Assembly (NCBI GenBank): GCA_963754945.1
Contig: CAVWIG010000019.1
Location: forward strand, 21,661-85,660
Length of the DNA stretch: 64,000 bases
Source: Methanotrichaceae archaeon
GTDB taxonomy: Archaea; Halobacteriota; Methanosarcinia; Methanotrichales; Methanotrichaceae
Reading direction: 5' to 3'
The notes beneath the pieces were generated by a model. That model worked only from the letters and a program-made list of their open reading frames with translations. It made no database searches and had not been told where the DNA came from. This document shows, one piece after another, positions 11,092 through 20,806 of this stretch (the first letter of the stretch is position 1; every line of letters starts with the position of its first letter). Position numbers and translations under genes: made by a program.

Positions 11092-11325
11092 TCGCGCTCT
11101 CAAACAGAGTTGGGCCATATTTATTCACAATGTCATTAACTTTGCTACTTCCAAAGATACGTAACTTGGCTGTAGCCAAATTGAGATCGTGCACTACTAG
11201 ATAATCATAATTCTCATGAGGATCAATCTTTATAGCCTCTTTGATCTGTCTTGGAAGTATTTGACATCTTTTACTACATCGAGAAACTCATAATATGCTT
11301 GCTTCCTTGACTTTTACGTTCAAGT

Positions 11326-11442
11326 TGCTGTGTTGCATAAATTTGCTAAAATCGATATGCATCGGAGCATATCAGTAATGATAGGTAAATGAGCAAAATC
11401 GATAGCAATCGACATCGTGGTTCTGAGTTATGCAACACAGCA
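11326..11442. mobile_element. MITE (117 bp), IS903-like ends
   Basis: Perfect 15-bp TIR TGCTGTGTTGCATAA/TTATGCAACACAGCA; 8-bp TSD GTTCAAGT. Confidence 0.9.
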
Positions 11443-11595
11443 GTTCAAGTTCAATATTCACATAATAAAAAGTAATAAGACCGCCCAAAATGACAACAAA
11501 AACCGAACAATTGCCGGAAGCAAATTCGTGTCCAATGTTATCCCCTTCGACATATGGGATTCTATAAATTATAATATAAAATAGATAAATACCTA

Positions 11596-11772
11596 CTAAA
11601 TACCGCGCCTCTTGCAGTATTCATCTAGGCTGATGAAATCATCCTTCTCACGTTCGATAAGCGCATGGATTTCCTCGGCTGTTGATTCATCCTCTTCATC
11701 AAGAGCATCAAAGTCCTTGTCCTCTTCAAGGGAGTCTACTTTGGCTGCTCTGGATCTATTTCGTGCTGCCAT
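11596..11772 (-). CDS. Putative antitoxin (58 aa, acidic); not in ORF track
   Basis: MAARNRSRAAKVDSLEEDKDFDALDEEDESTAEEIHALIEREKDDFISLDEYCKRRGI*, directly downstream of the RelE-like gene. Confidence 0.7.
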   Translation of the reverse strand: MAARNRSRAAKVDSLEEDKDFDALDEEDESTAEEIHALIEREKDDFISLDEYCKRRGI

Positions 11773-11805
11773 TTGAATAGTCTTCTTCTTTGTTGGTATA
11801 TTGAT

Positions 11806-12080
11806 TTATCTGTAGTCCGTTTTTCTTTTCTTCTGAAATATTCTTGCTATTTTTATGAGGTTAGCATCATTGTATACTTCGTATTCAACTCTGAGTTTAC
11901 CAATTCTTAGCCTGTATAATTTTTCACTTCCAGCCACGGGCACGATATCGGTCTTAGGTCGTGGTCGATAAGGATCTATCTTAAGCCCTTCAAGATGGAC
12001 GTAGATCTTTTCGTGGCATTGGGTGATAGTTTATCTAAGGCTTTCTGAGCTGTGCGTGAGAGTTGTAACGCGAATGTCAT
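11806..12080 (-). pseudogene. RelE/ParE-family toxin with a 1-nt frameshift
   Basis: MTFALQLSRTAQKALDKLSP / HEKIYVHLEGLKIDPYRPRPKTDIVPVAGSEKLYRLRIGKLRVEYEV...; frame break at about 12016. Confidence 0.8.
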
Positions 12081-12104
12081 TGCGACTCTTTTTACTCTCC
12101 TTTC

Positions 12105-12150
12105 TTTTAAATTGAATACCCCGCAGCTTGCTGCAGAGTGCGCCTTTGAC
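12105..12150 (+). mobile_element. 46-bp fused IS200 end remnant (single hairpin)
   Basis: TTTTAAATTGAATACCCCGCAGCTTGCTGC (LE-like) joined to GTGCGCC-TTTGAC (RE-like). Confidence 0.7.
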
Positions 12151-12254
12151 TTCGAGTCGAAATTGTTAGCATCATTGTATCAATTGTTCTTACTTCGTAC
12201 TCTATTCCGATACCCTTTTATAATTAGATGTGACTTTAGCTGTTTGGTGAATTA

Positions 12255-12971
12255 ATGCATATTCCAGATGGTTATCTAGGGCCATATACCTACATTGCAT
12301 TTTGGATTATCATGATCCCTATCTGGTATTATGCCGGAAAGAAGCTCAGCACAGAGCTAAAGTCCAGGCAGGTCCCGTTGTTGGCATTGTCAGCCGCGTT
12401 CTCATTTGTAATAATGATGTTTAACGTGCCGATTCCAGGAGGCAGCACAGGCCACGCTGTGGGCAGCTCAATTGTCGGTATAGTTCTGGGCCCCTGGGCA
12501 GCAGTGATCGCCATCTCTGTAGCTCTAGTATTGCAAGCACTGATGTTCGGTGATGGAGGGATTACAACCATTGCTGCCAACTGCTTCAACATGGGAGTAG
12601 TAATGCCTTTTGTCGCTTTCTACGCATACAAATTCATCAGTGGACGCACAGAGATCACATCATCCAGGCGAATTGTCGCTGCGGCTATTGCGAGCTGGGT
12701 CTCTCTAATCTTAGCAGCCTTTTGTGCAGGCTTTGAGTTCGGAATACAGCCCATATTGCACCACACCGCCGCTGGTCTCCCGCTCTACATGCCCTATCCA
12801 CTGAGCGTAACTATTCCGGCCATGGTACTTCCTGCGCTGGGATTCGGCATCCTTGAGGCATTTATTACGGCACTGATTTTCGCCTACATCCAGAGAACCG
12901 ACACATCTCTATTTTACGGAGATACGTCTGTTTCCCAGAGGAACAAAATAAATAGTGCGGCTACTACTTGA
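12255..12971 (+). CDS. cbiM: ECF Ni/Co transporter S component CbiM/NikM
   Basis: MHIPDGYL N-terminus; PGGSTGHAVG; LMFGDGG. Confidence 0.95.
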   Translation: MHIPDGYLGPYTYIAFWIIMIPIWYYAGKKLSTELKSRQVPLLALSAAFSFVIMMFNVPIPGGSTGHAVGSSIVGIVLGPWAAVIAISVALVLQALMFGDGGITTIAANCFNMGVVMPFVAFYAYKFISGRTEITSSRRIVAAAIASWVSLILAAFCAGFEFGIQPILHHTAAGLPLYMPYPLSVTIPAMVLPALGFGILEAFITALIFAYIQRTDTSLFYGDTSVSQRNKINSAATT

Positions 12972-12996
12972 GATAGACTTCCGCCTGAGATAGACC

Positions 12997-13308
12997 ATGG
13001 AGAAAATATACAGAAACCTTGCAATCGGCCTCGTAACATTGATAATACTTGCTCCGTTAGGCCTTTTTGCCGCTGGGCAGACGTTCGGCGAGTGGAGCCC
13101 CGATCAGCTAAAGGAGAAGATCGGCTTTGTTCCACAAGGGCTCGAAAAGCTCTCGGGTATCTGGAACGCACCCCTTCCGGACTATGGCTCCCCTGGCGAA
13201 GAGTCACAGACCGGCAAAGTGGGAACGTACGTCTTGACTGCAGTGATCGGGGTGGTAGTATGCGGTGGCATCCTGTTCTTCGTTGGGAAGAAGGTCGCTA
13301 AAGATTGA
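12997..13308 (+). CDS. ECF Ni/Co transporter accessory membrane subunit (PDGLE/NikN-like)
   Basis: Two TM helices flanking a PQGLE...APLPDY loop. Confidence 0.85.
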   Translation: MEKIYRNLAIGLVTLIILAPLGLFAAGQTFGEWSPDQLKEKIGFVPQGLEKLSGIWNAPLPDYGSPGEESQTGKVGTYVLTAVIGVVVCGGILFFVGKKVAKD

Positions 13309-13421
13309 GGTCCTTTTATTTTTATTCTTTTCAGATTATTTTCCAGATTATAGTAGTATCGTAGTATCGACTGCAATGCTTAATAGTTGCTTGGAAATCA
13401 GCTCCCGAAAAAGGTGAACAA

Positions 13422-14360
13422 TTGATCCCTGACTGGATGAAAGAAGTCGATGTAGGCCCATGCAGGTGCTCTGCGACATACCACGGCAAAAAGGGTTTCA
13501 TAGGAAAGACAATTGATGGAATTTTCGGATTTTTGCAGGAGGCATTCATCTCTGAGAGCTTCTCCAGACGCGATGGCCTTCTGCAGAGCCTTGACCCCAG
13601 AGCCAAGCTGATCTCAATTCTAGCCATTGTATTCGCAACCAGTTTGATAGGAGACTTGAGGCTATTGATCTATGTTTACTCGTTAACCCTTCTTTTTTCG
13701 TATCTCAGCAAGATCGATGTTTGGTTCTTCATAAAAAGGGTCTGGCTCTTCATTCCCATATTTGCTGGCATCATCGCTATACCAATGATCTTCAACATCT
13801 TCTTTCCCGGTGACCCTCTCGTTCGGTTAGTGCATTTTGGAGCAGGTAGTCATTTGGGACCATTTTCGCTGCCTGAAAGCATCTTCATCACAAGACAGGG
13901 CGTAAACGCAGCGACAATTTTCACCATTCGGGTAGCAACGTGCGTGTCTGCAGTAGTCCTGCTATTCCTCACCACACCGCAGCAGATCCTCTTTAAGTCT
14001 CTGCGCACTGTGGGAGTTCCAAAGCTCTATGTCCTCACTCTAGAGATGACCTACAGGTATATCTTCCTGCTAATGGACCTGGTAAGAGAGATGTACGTCG
14101 CCAAGAAAGCCAGGACGATAAAGGCCATGAGCGTGTTCGAGGAGCAGAAGTGGGTCGGTGGGCGTATAGGATACACATTGATAAGATCTCTGAATATGAG
14201 CGAAAAGATCCATATGGCCATGATGTCCAGAGGCTACAACGGCGATGTCAGGATCATGCAGGAGTTCAAAATGCGTAATCGCGATTATATCGCAGCAACA
14301 GTGGCGATATCCATGAGCGTTGCGCTTGTGCTGATCTCCCAAAATATCATTCGGGTATAA
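13422..14360 (+). CDS. cbiQ: ECF T component CbiQ/NikQ
   Basis: LDPRAKL, TYRYIFLL and AMMSRGY motifs. Confidence 0.93.
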   Translation: MIPDWMKEVDVGPCRCSATYHGKKGFIGKTIDGIFGFLQEAFISESFSRRDGLLQSLDPRAKLISILAIVFATSLIGDLRLLIYVYSLTLLFSYLSKIDVWFFIKRVWLFIPIFAGIIAIPMIFNIFFPGDPLVRLVHFGAGSHLGPFSLPESIFITRQGVNAATIFTIRVATCVSAVVLLFLTTPQQILFKSLRTVGVPKLYVLTLEMTYRYIFLLMDLVREMYVAKKARTIKAMSVFEEQKWVGGRIGYTLIRSLNMSEKIHMAMMSRGYNGDVRIMQEFKMRNRDYIAATVAISMSVALVLISQNIIRV

Positions 14361-14364
14361 GAAC

Positions 14365-15195
14365 ATGGAAGCTATCTTTGACTTGAGGAATGTATCATAC
14401 TCATACGTGGGAAAGATTGAGGCCTTAAAGGATATCACCCTTAAGATTGACCGTGGCGAGCTCGTAACTATAATCGGCTCTAACGGCAGCGGCAAATCTA
14501 CATTGTTGGCCGTCCTAAATGGACTTATATATACCACATCTGGAGAGTTCTATGCCTTTAACAATCAAATAACTGAAGATGCCTTCGATGCCATCAAGGA
14601 TAATGAGTTTAGGACCTATTTCCGGACAAAAGTGGGCTTTGTCTTCCAGAATTCGGATATACAGCTCTTCTCGCCTACGGTCTATGAGGAAATAGCCTTT
14701 GGACCCCTTCAGCTCAATGTTACTCCCGAAGATGTCAAGACCAGAGTTGAGGACGTCCTTGAGATGATGAACATCACCAGGCTAAGAGATCGATCGCCTC
14801 ACACTCTTAGCGGAGGGGAGAAGAAGAAGGTGTGCATAGCCACCGTTCTTGTCAATAACCCCGATGTACTACTTTTGGACGAGCCATCGGCCGGATTGGA
14901 CCCGAGGACCCAGCTCTGGTTGGTGGAGCTCTTACAGGAGCTAGGACAAGCTGGAAAGACAGTAATTACCGCCACTCATGACCTGGAAATAATAGACCAG
15001 ATCAGCAAGAGGGCTATCGTCATGGGCGAAGACCATGAGGTTAAGGAGGATGGGGATGCGAACAAGGTCCTAAATGATTACGAACTTCTCCTTGGAGCGA
15101 ACTTGATTCATGAACATATGCACTTCCATGGCAAGCTTGTGCATGATCATCTCCATGATCATATGAAAGGGCACATACACAAGCATGAAACATGA
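14365..15195 (+). CDS. cbiO: ECF ATPase CbiO/NikO with His-rich tail
   Basis: GSNGSGKST, LSGGEKKK, LLLDEP; C-terminal HEHMHFH...HIHKH. Confidence 0.93.
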   Translation: MEAIFDLRNVSYSYVGKIEALKDITLKIDRGELVTIIGSNGSGKSTLLAVLNGLIYTTSGEFYAFNNQITEDAFDAIKDNEFRTYFRTKVGFVFQNSDIQLFSPTVYEEIAFGPLQLNVTPEDVKTRVEDVLEMMNITRLRDRSPHTLSGGEKKKVCIATVLVNNPDVLLLDEPSAGLDPRTQLWLVELLQELGQAGKTVITATHDLEIIDQISKRAIVMGEDHEVKEDGDANKVLNDYELLLGANLIHEHMHFHGKLVHDHLHDHMKGHIHKHET

Positions 15196-15376
15196 TTAGG
15201 CTAAATGCAAGCTCGATCCTTACGTTGGCAGTTGGCACTTTCGTTTTAGGCCTGAAATTGCTATTTTTGGAGGTTCTGCGTTTTGTCCTGGAGGATTATT
15301 GAAAGCGGCAAATCCATTAAAACTCCGGCATAAAAAGAAGAAAAGCCTTATTGCCATTAGAGGATAAATAGGGTTT

Positions 15377-15970
15377 ATGAAAAAGACATTCCTTCTTCTA
15401 GCTACTTGTTTTGTTCTGAGTCTTGTTCCGGCTATGGCTCAGGCTCAGCCTATAACCCAAATGGCTTTTGGTTCAATGATCGACGGCAGGACTCAGGTAT
15501 GGGCCCTCGACAACCAAGGCGGCTTGTGGACTACGTGGCAACAATCAACAGACCCTAATGCAGGCTGGACTCAATGGTCTTCCTATCCTACACCGGGCAC
15601 AGGCTTGAGCCAAATTTATACGTCCAAACTCTCAGACGGAAGGCCCGAGGTATGGGCGATTGACGGCCAGGGTAATTTATGGACAATGTGGAAGCAAACG
15701 ATAGACCCCAATGCGAATTGGACTCAATGGTCACAGTTCCAGGGACCTGGCGCAGCGGCCAATGACCAGTTGCAGCAACCTACACAAAACCCTAACATAT
15801 ACCCACCAAGCCCCATAAAAACTAGCTATGGCGGCCTCGGTGACATGGGCACAAACAACTTCCCGTCCACCACCTCCAGCAGCTATTCCGGGGACCCGAA
15901 CTTCCCACCAAACTCTATGACTTCAACATCGCAGACTTCAACATCGCAGTTAATTGGCGGCATGCATTAG
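15377..15970 (+). CDS. Secreted protein with two Trp-rich lectin-type beta-propeller blades and a S/T/P-rich tail
   Basis: Signal peptide; tandem repeats DGRxxVWAxDxQGxLWTxWxQxxDPNAxWTQWS. Confidence 0.75.
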   Translation: MKKTFLLLATCFVLSLVPAMAQAQPITQMAFGSMIDGRTQVWALDNQGGLWTTWQQSTDPNAGWTQWSSYPTPGTGLSQIYTSKLSDGRPEVWAIDGQGNLWTMWKQTIDPNANWTQWSQFQGPGAAANDQLQQPTQNPNIYPPSPIKTSYGGLGDMGTNNFPSTTSSSYSGDPNFPPNSMTSTSQTSTSQLIGGMH

Positions 15971-15979
15971 TCAAGTTAA

Positions 15980-16001
15980 GTGCGAGGATTGAACCTCGCA
16001 C
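15980..16001 (+). terminator. Stem-loop after the lectin-like gene
   Basis: GTGCGAGG-ATTGAA-CCTCGCAC followed by T runs. Confidence 0.45.
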
Positions 16002-16482
16002 ACCTTTTAGCTGAACTTTTTTCATCCAAGCTCGATGAATATTCAAATATTAATGCCAAAATGTTTGCAAATAGTCGTTCAAAATTGGTTCTCGAATGAC
16101 ATTATTAATCAACTTGGCAAAATGAAGTCTAGGTGTCAAAGGCTAGCAATTCTCTAAAAAGTCCGGACCTAGACAGCACTAACCCAATTAACAAACTCCG
16201 GCCCCTGGCTTAACTATTTAGCTGCTCGTTTAACAGCCCGATATAACTTTTGCTCAGTCCCTCCCATGAGCAAATCCTGTGGAGACAATTTGGCATTATA
16301 TAACCATACTATGCAAGGAGATCGTTAAGATGGAATCATCTCCAGCAGGTCATACTGTAGACTGATTTGTTACCTCATCAAGAATTGCTACCGGAGAGCG
16401 AATCAAAGATTTGGAGAAAAGCTGATAGAGACCGGAATAGAACCAAAAAGTCTTAAGTACAAACCGAGACTCATAAAGGTTA

Positions 16483-17325
16483 ATGGCTGTCTTGGATACG
16501 CTCCTGAACAACATCTGGGTAATTCTCTTCATCTTGCTCTTCTTTGTGCCAATGGCCCAGAAGAACCTTCTTCAGATGGAAAGAAAACGACTTTTAGCAA
16601 GGCTTGGCAAAAAGAGAGGTTCCCAGGTCATAACACTCATTCACCGCCAGGAGACCATAAGTTTCCTCGGGCTGCCCATTTCAAGATACATAGACATCGA
16701 CGACAGCGAACAAGTTCTTCGTGCAATAAGGACTGCCCCAAAAGAGGTTCCTCTTGACATAATTCTGCACACACCGGGCGGGTTGGCACTAGCGGCAACT
16801 CAGATTGCCATGGCCTTGAAGGCTCACCCTTCCAGGAAGGCGGTTATAGTTCCTCATTTTGCTATGAGCGGGGGAACTCTCATTGCTCTAGCGGCTGATG
16901 AGATAATCATGGATCCCCACGCAGCCCTAGGCCCCGTGGATCCTCAACTTGGCGACCAGACCACCGTTTATCCAGCTACATCCCTGTTGAAGGCTGTGAA
17001 GAAGAAGTGCATCGACGAGATTGACGACAAGACCCTGGTCTTCGCCGAGGAGGCCGAAAAAGCCGTGAAACAGATGAATGATCTGGTCAGAAAAATCATG
17101 GTTGACAGGTGTGGCGGAGACAAAATAGAAAAGATAATAGAGGACTTTGTATCCGGCAAGTTCACCCACGACCGTCCATTCATGGCAGAGGACGTCAAGG
17201 AGCTTCTCGGAGGCTGCGTCAGCACGGACGTCCCCGAGGAGGTCTACGAGCTGATGAAGCTCTACAGAATGGAGATCGGGGGAAGGAGGCCGGGGGTAGA
17301 AAACGTTCCTCTGTCCCGAAGATAA
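16483..17325 (+). CDS. ClpP-fold membrane serine protease (SDH/DUF114 family)
   Basis: LIHRQE, LHTPGGL, AMSGGTLIALAADEI, LGPVDPQ and FTHD motifs. Confidence 0.92.
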   Translation: MAVLDTLLNNIWVILFILLFFVPMAQKNLLQMERKRLLARLGKKRGSQVITLIHRQETISFLGLPISRYIDIDDSEQVLRAIRTAPKEVPLDIILHTPGGLALAATQIAMALKAHPSRKAVIVPHFAMSGGTLIALAADEIIMDPHAALGPVDPQLGDQTTVYPATSLLKAVKKKCIDEIDDKTLVFAEEAEKAVKQMNDLVRKIMVDRCGGDKIEKIIEDFVSGKFTHDRPFMAEDVKELLGGCVSTDVPEEVYELMKLYRMEIGGRRPGVENVPLSRR

Positions 17326-17411
17326 CCAACCTGTCATCTGTTTACAGGACTCGACATATTCGAGCAGGATCTGCAAACAGGAGATTGTGGGCGATAAGGT
17401 AAACCAAAGCG

Positions 17412-19271
17412 TCAAGACGATCGATGGTTCTTCTTTTGTAATTTTCCCCGGCCGGGTGATGCCATTTCTTGAAGGGCAGCGCTCCCTGGAACAAGGCACT
17501 TCGCGCAGTCTCCTATTAGATCTTCCCTGCCCGCAAGCTTCAGCCCTTCCTTGACCAGACCGTAGTTCTTAGGGTCCCTGTACTGAAGTATTGCGCGTTG
17601 TATTCGCTTTTCCCTGCCCTTTGGCACATGAACCGGGTTCAGGGTAAACGGGTCTAGTCCGGTGTAATACATGGCTGTGGAGATGGTCATGGGCGTGGGA
17701 GTAAAGTCCTGGACCTGCTCTGTGTACATCCTATGGTCCCGGATGTACTCTGCCAGGTCTACCATGTCCTCTACAGTGCATCCTGGATGGCCTGACATGA
17801 GGTAGGGCACGAGGTACTGCTCCTTTTGATGAGCCTTGTTGACTGCATTGAAACTCTCTCTGAAGGCTTCAAGTAACTCAACAGGCGGCTTATGCATGCA
17901 GTCCGTGACTTTTCGAACGATGTGCTCGGGTGCAATCTTCAGGTGGCCGGAGACATGATGCTGACAGAGCTCTTCAAGGTAGTCGGACCCATCGGCCAGA
18001 ACCAGATCGTGCCTTATCCCTGAGCCCACATAGACCTTTCTCACTCCTGGAATGGCTTTCAGCCGGCGCAAAAGCTCCACCTGATGGCTGTGGTCAGTGT
18101 CCAGGTTGGGACAGTCAGCAGTGCATAGCTTATCTCTGCAGGCACCCTTCTTCCAAGCAGCGCAATTCATACCGTACATATTGGCCGTCGGCCCACCGAC
18201 ATCCTGGATTATTCCTTTGAAGCTCGGCATTCGTATGAGCGACGTTACCTCCCTTATTATTGACTCTACGCTGCGGCTCTGTACAATCCTTCCCTGGTGG
18301 TGGGTCAGGGCGCAAAATGAGCATGAACCGAAACAGCCTCGGTGACTTGTGATGGAGAACCTGACAGGCTCCAGAGCAGGAACCGGTTCTTTGTATGACG
18401 GATGAGTAACTCTGGCGTACGGCAGCTCGTAAATGTGGTCCAGTTCCTGAGATGTCAATGGTCTAGACGGCCTGTTCTGTATGATCACCGTCTTAGGGTG
18501 GGGCTGGGCGATCGTGCGACCGTGAAACGGGTCCTGCTCTTGATAATGTAATCTGAATGCCTCTGCATAGCTTCGCTTGTCTGAGGAGACCTCGGCAAAT
18601 CCTGGGATGACAAGATAATCTTCACGCCTCATGGATCTCCACTGGCGTAAATCCATCTTAACAACGGTCCCGGGAAGGTCTTTGACCTCTTGGATTCCCT
18701 CGCCCTCATCCAGCCGTGCCGTCAGGTCAAGTAGGGGCCGCTCGCCCATGCCGAAGACTACCATGTCTGCAGGTGCATCGGCCAGAATGGATTGTCTCAC
18801 CGAGTCGGACCAATAATCGTAATGGGCGAACCTGCGAAGGCTGGCTTCCAGGCCGCCGAGGACGATTGGCACGTCGGGAAAAAGAGCATGGACCCTGTCC
18901 ACATAAACGATTGCGGCTCTGTCCGGCCTGCGAGGCACACCGCCAGGTGAATAGACGTCGTCGCTCCGGCGCTTCAGGTTGGGCGTGAAGGTATTGACCA
19001 TCGAGTCGACGTTGCCGGAGGAGATGCCAAAGAATAGTCGGGGTACGCCCAGCTTCTTGAAATCCTCATCCTTCTTCCAGTCGGGTTGCGCTATGATGCC
19101 TACCGAATATCCAGCATCCCACAGAACACGGCCAATAATGGTCGTGCCGAAGGAAGGATGATCCACATAGGCATCTCCGCTAACCAGGATGATATCGAAC
19201 TGACCGATGTCGAGATCTTCTGCCTCCTGTTTGGACATGGGCAGGAAGCGGGGTTGGTTTCTCACGGGCAC
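17412..19271 (-). CDS. YgiQ (UPF0313) family radical SAM protein
   Basis: GDAYVDHPSFG, CFGSCSFC, DVGGPTANMY and EQVQDFTPTP motifs. Confidence 0.95.
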   Translation of the reverse strand: MPVRNQPRFLPMSKQEAEDLDIGQFDIILVSGDAYVDHPSFGTTIIGRVLWDAGYSVGIIAQPDWKKDEDFKKLGVPRLFFGISSGNVDSMVNTFTPNLKRRSDDVYSPGGVPRRPDRAAIVYVDRVHALFPDVPIVLGGLEASLRRFAHYDYWSDSVRQSILADAPADMVVFGMGERPLLDLTARLDEGEGIQEVKDLPGTVVKMDLRQWRSMRREDYLVIPGFAEVSSDKRSYAEAFRLHYQEQDPFHGRTIAQPHPKTVIIQNRPSRPLTSQELDHIYELPYARVTHPSYKEPVPALEPVRFSITSHRGCFGSCSFCALTHHQGRIVQSRSVESIIREVTSLIRMPSFKGIIQDVGGPTANMYGMNCAAWKKGACRDKLCTADCPNLDTDHSHQVELLRRLKAIPGVRKVYVGSGIRHDLVLADGSDYLEELCQHHVSGHLKIAPEHIVRKVTDCMHKPPVELLEAFRESFNAVNKAHQKEQYLVPYLMSGHPGCTVEDMVDLAEYIRDHRMYTEQVQDFTPTPMTISTAMYYTGLDPFTLNPVHVPKGREKRIQRAILQYRDPKNYGLVKEGLKLAGREDLIGDCAKCLVPGSAALQEMASPGRGKLQKKNHRSS

Positions 19272-19312
19272 TAGATCCTCTCAGTCGCTATGAATGCAAA
19301 GATTACACATAT

Positions 19313-20597
19313 GAGAGTTTCGAAAAACTAATCAATCGAAATACTTATATACTATTAATACTATAATATAATGCATGAGGACTCTCATTGATTTTGCCAT
19401 TCGAGCAGAATATGCTCGAGTAAAAGCCCTCGGAGATGATCTATCCGAGATCGGATCGTTGATCAATTGGGAGCGTTTCAGATTTTTGGAACCATTGATA
19501 TACAAAAATAAAACTAGCCGCGGAGGTCGTCCGAACATTGACATCGTGATTATGGTGAAAGCTCTCGTAATTCAGCATTGGTTTGGTCTAACAGATCCAG
19601 AACTGGAGCGACAGGTTGCGGATAGGATCTCTTTTCGTATTTTCCTTGGCACCACTGAAGTAATTCCTGATTTCAGCACAGTTTGGCTATTCCGTGAACG
19701 TTTGATTAAGTGCGACGTATACGATGATCTTTGGAATGAGCTTCAAAGGCAGCTCGATGAGATGGGGTTTACTGTAAAGAATGGCACTATCCAGGATGCA
19801 ACCTTCATAACTTCGGACCCAGGTCGGAAGAGGAACAAGAAAGACGAGCAAGGCGGGGACAAAAAGGAAGGTCAAGATTCCGAAGCCACCAGTACGAGCC
19901 TGAATCAGGAGTTTGATAAAGAGCTAATTGGTATTTCAAATAATATTATTGATGACAAGGCCAAACCACAGAGACTCGAAGAAGAGCCAATAAATGAGGG
20001 AAGTTGGGCAAAAAAGGGTGTCAAATCCTTTTTCGGATATAAAGGTCATATCTCAATCGATACCAATTACCACCTTATCAGATATTTTGAGACTACAACT
20101 GCTTCTGTACACGATAGTCAGGTAGATCTTGGAATTGAAGGGCTACCACGTTACGCCGATAAGGGATATGATGGTGCAAAAACTCGAGGATATGATGCAG
20201 CCATGAAAAAAGCTACAAGAGGTCACAAGCTTGGAATCATAGATCTTCTGAGGAATAAGAGAATCAGTAAAACGCGATCGCACATCGAAAGATGCTTCGC
20301 TGTTATGAAGCGGGGGCATAAGGGAGCACATGTTTATGTAACAACTGTCGCAAGAGCTGGAGTAAAATTCATGATGAATTCGGTCGTTTACAACCTGGAA
20401 CAGTTGAAATATTTAGTGCATAAACAAACAGCCTAGCGGAAGCTCTCTAAAAAAGCGCAAAAATTAGAAACAACAAGGTAAATTGAAATCTAATAAGCCA
20501 ATTTAGGGGTGAAATATGCTAAAAAACCACTATAAAGATTGAAAATATTAACGCAAGAATTTAAGGCTTCATTAACCAACACTAAATCGAAACCCTC
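19313..20597 (+). mobile_element. IS5-family element upstream of ygiQ
   Basis: TIR GAGAGTTTCGA/TCGAAACCCTC; TSD ATAT. Confidence 0.88.
19375..20436 (+). CDS. IS5-family transposase
   Basis: GGRP, QHWFGLTD, PDFSTVWLFR, QDATFI, FGYKGH, ADKGY and IERCF motifs. Confidence 0.92.
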   Translation: MRTLIDFAIRAEYARVKALGDDLSEIGSLINWERFRFLEPLIYKNKTSRGGRPNIDIVIMVKALVIQHWFGLTDPELERQVADRISFRIFLGTTEVIPDFSTVWLFRERLIKCDVYDDLWNELQRQLDEMGFTVKNGTIQDATFITSDPGRKRNKKDEQGGDKKEGQDSEATSTSLNQEFDKELIGISNNIIDDKAKPQRLEEEPINEGSWAKKGVKSFFGYKGHISIDTNYHLIRYFETTTASVHDSQVDLGIEGLPRYADKGYDGAKTRGYDAAMKKATRGHKLGIIDLLRNKRISKTRSHIERCFAVMKRGHKGAHVYVTTVARAGVKFMMNSVVYNLEQLKYLVHKQTA

Positions 20598-20806
20598 ATA
20601 TATATGCAGTTAATGCAGGAGATTGGGCTCCATCAATTTTTGGGAGGTATCCAATGCTGACTAATCAGCGCAAACTAAATATCTCCGTCGCCTGGATGTC
20701 AGGGAAGCGAAGGTATGTCATTTCCTTTTTGTCCAACCTGGCGTCCCAAAACCAAGCTCTTCTGGGTGGCTTCAGAATAAGGCCAATTATAAAGAGTAAG
20801 GATCAA

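Larger units (their letters stand above)
10869..11553 (-). pseudogene. Degraded hypothetical membrane-anchored protein gene interrupted by two miniature elements
   Basis: Removing 10942-11091 gives a continuous frame ...LNLATAKLRIFGSSKVNDIVNKYGPTLFESANNKIYNTFEDELIVAIMQEF; hydrophobic N-terminal stretch near 11460-11510; further frameshifts. Confidence 0.55.

Noticed and set aside
12170-12225. NikR operator or cobalamin riboswitch before cbiM
   Set aside because: GTAT/ATAC half-sites are at non-matching spacing; no riboswitch core recognised.
15919-15949. 15-bp tandem duplication, and (ATT)6 at about 7348-7365
   Set aside because: Ordinary low-complexity slippage.
20600-20800. Possible gene remnant between the IS5 and the MITE
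   Set aside because: No recognisable motif in any frame I could read.
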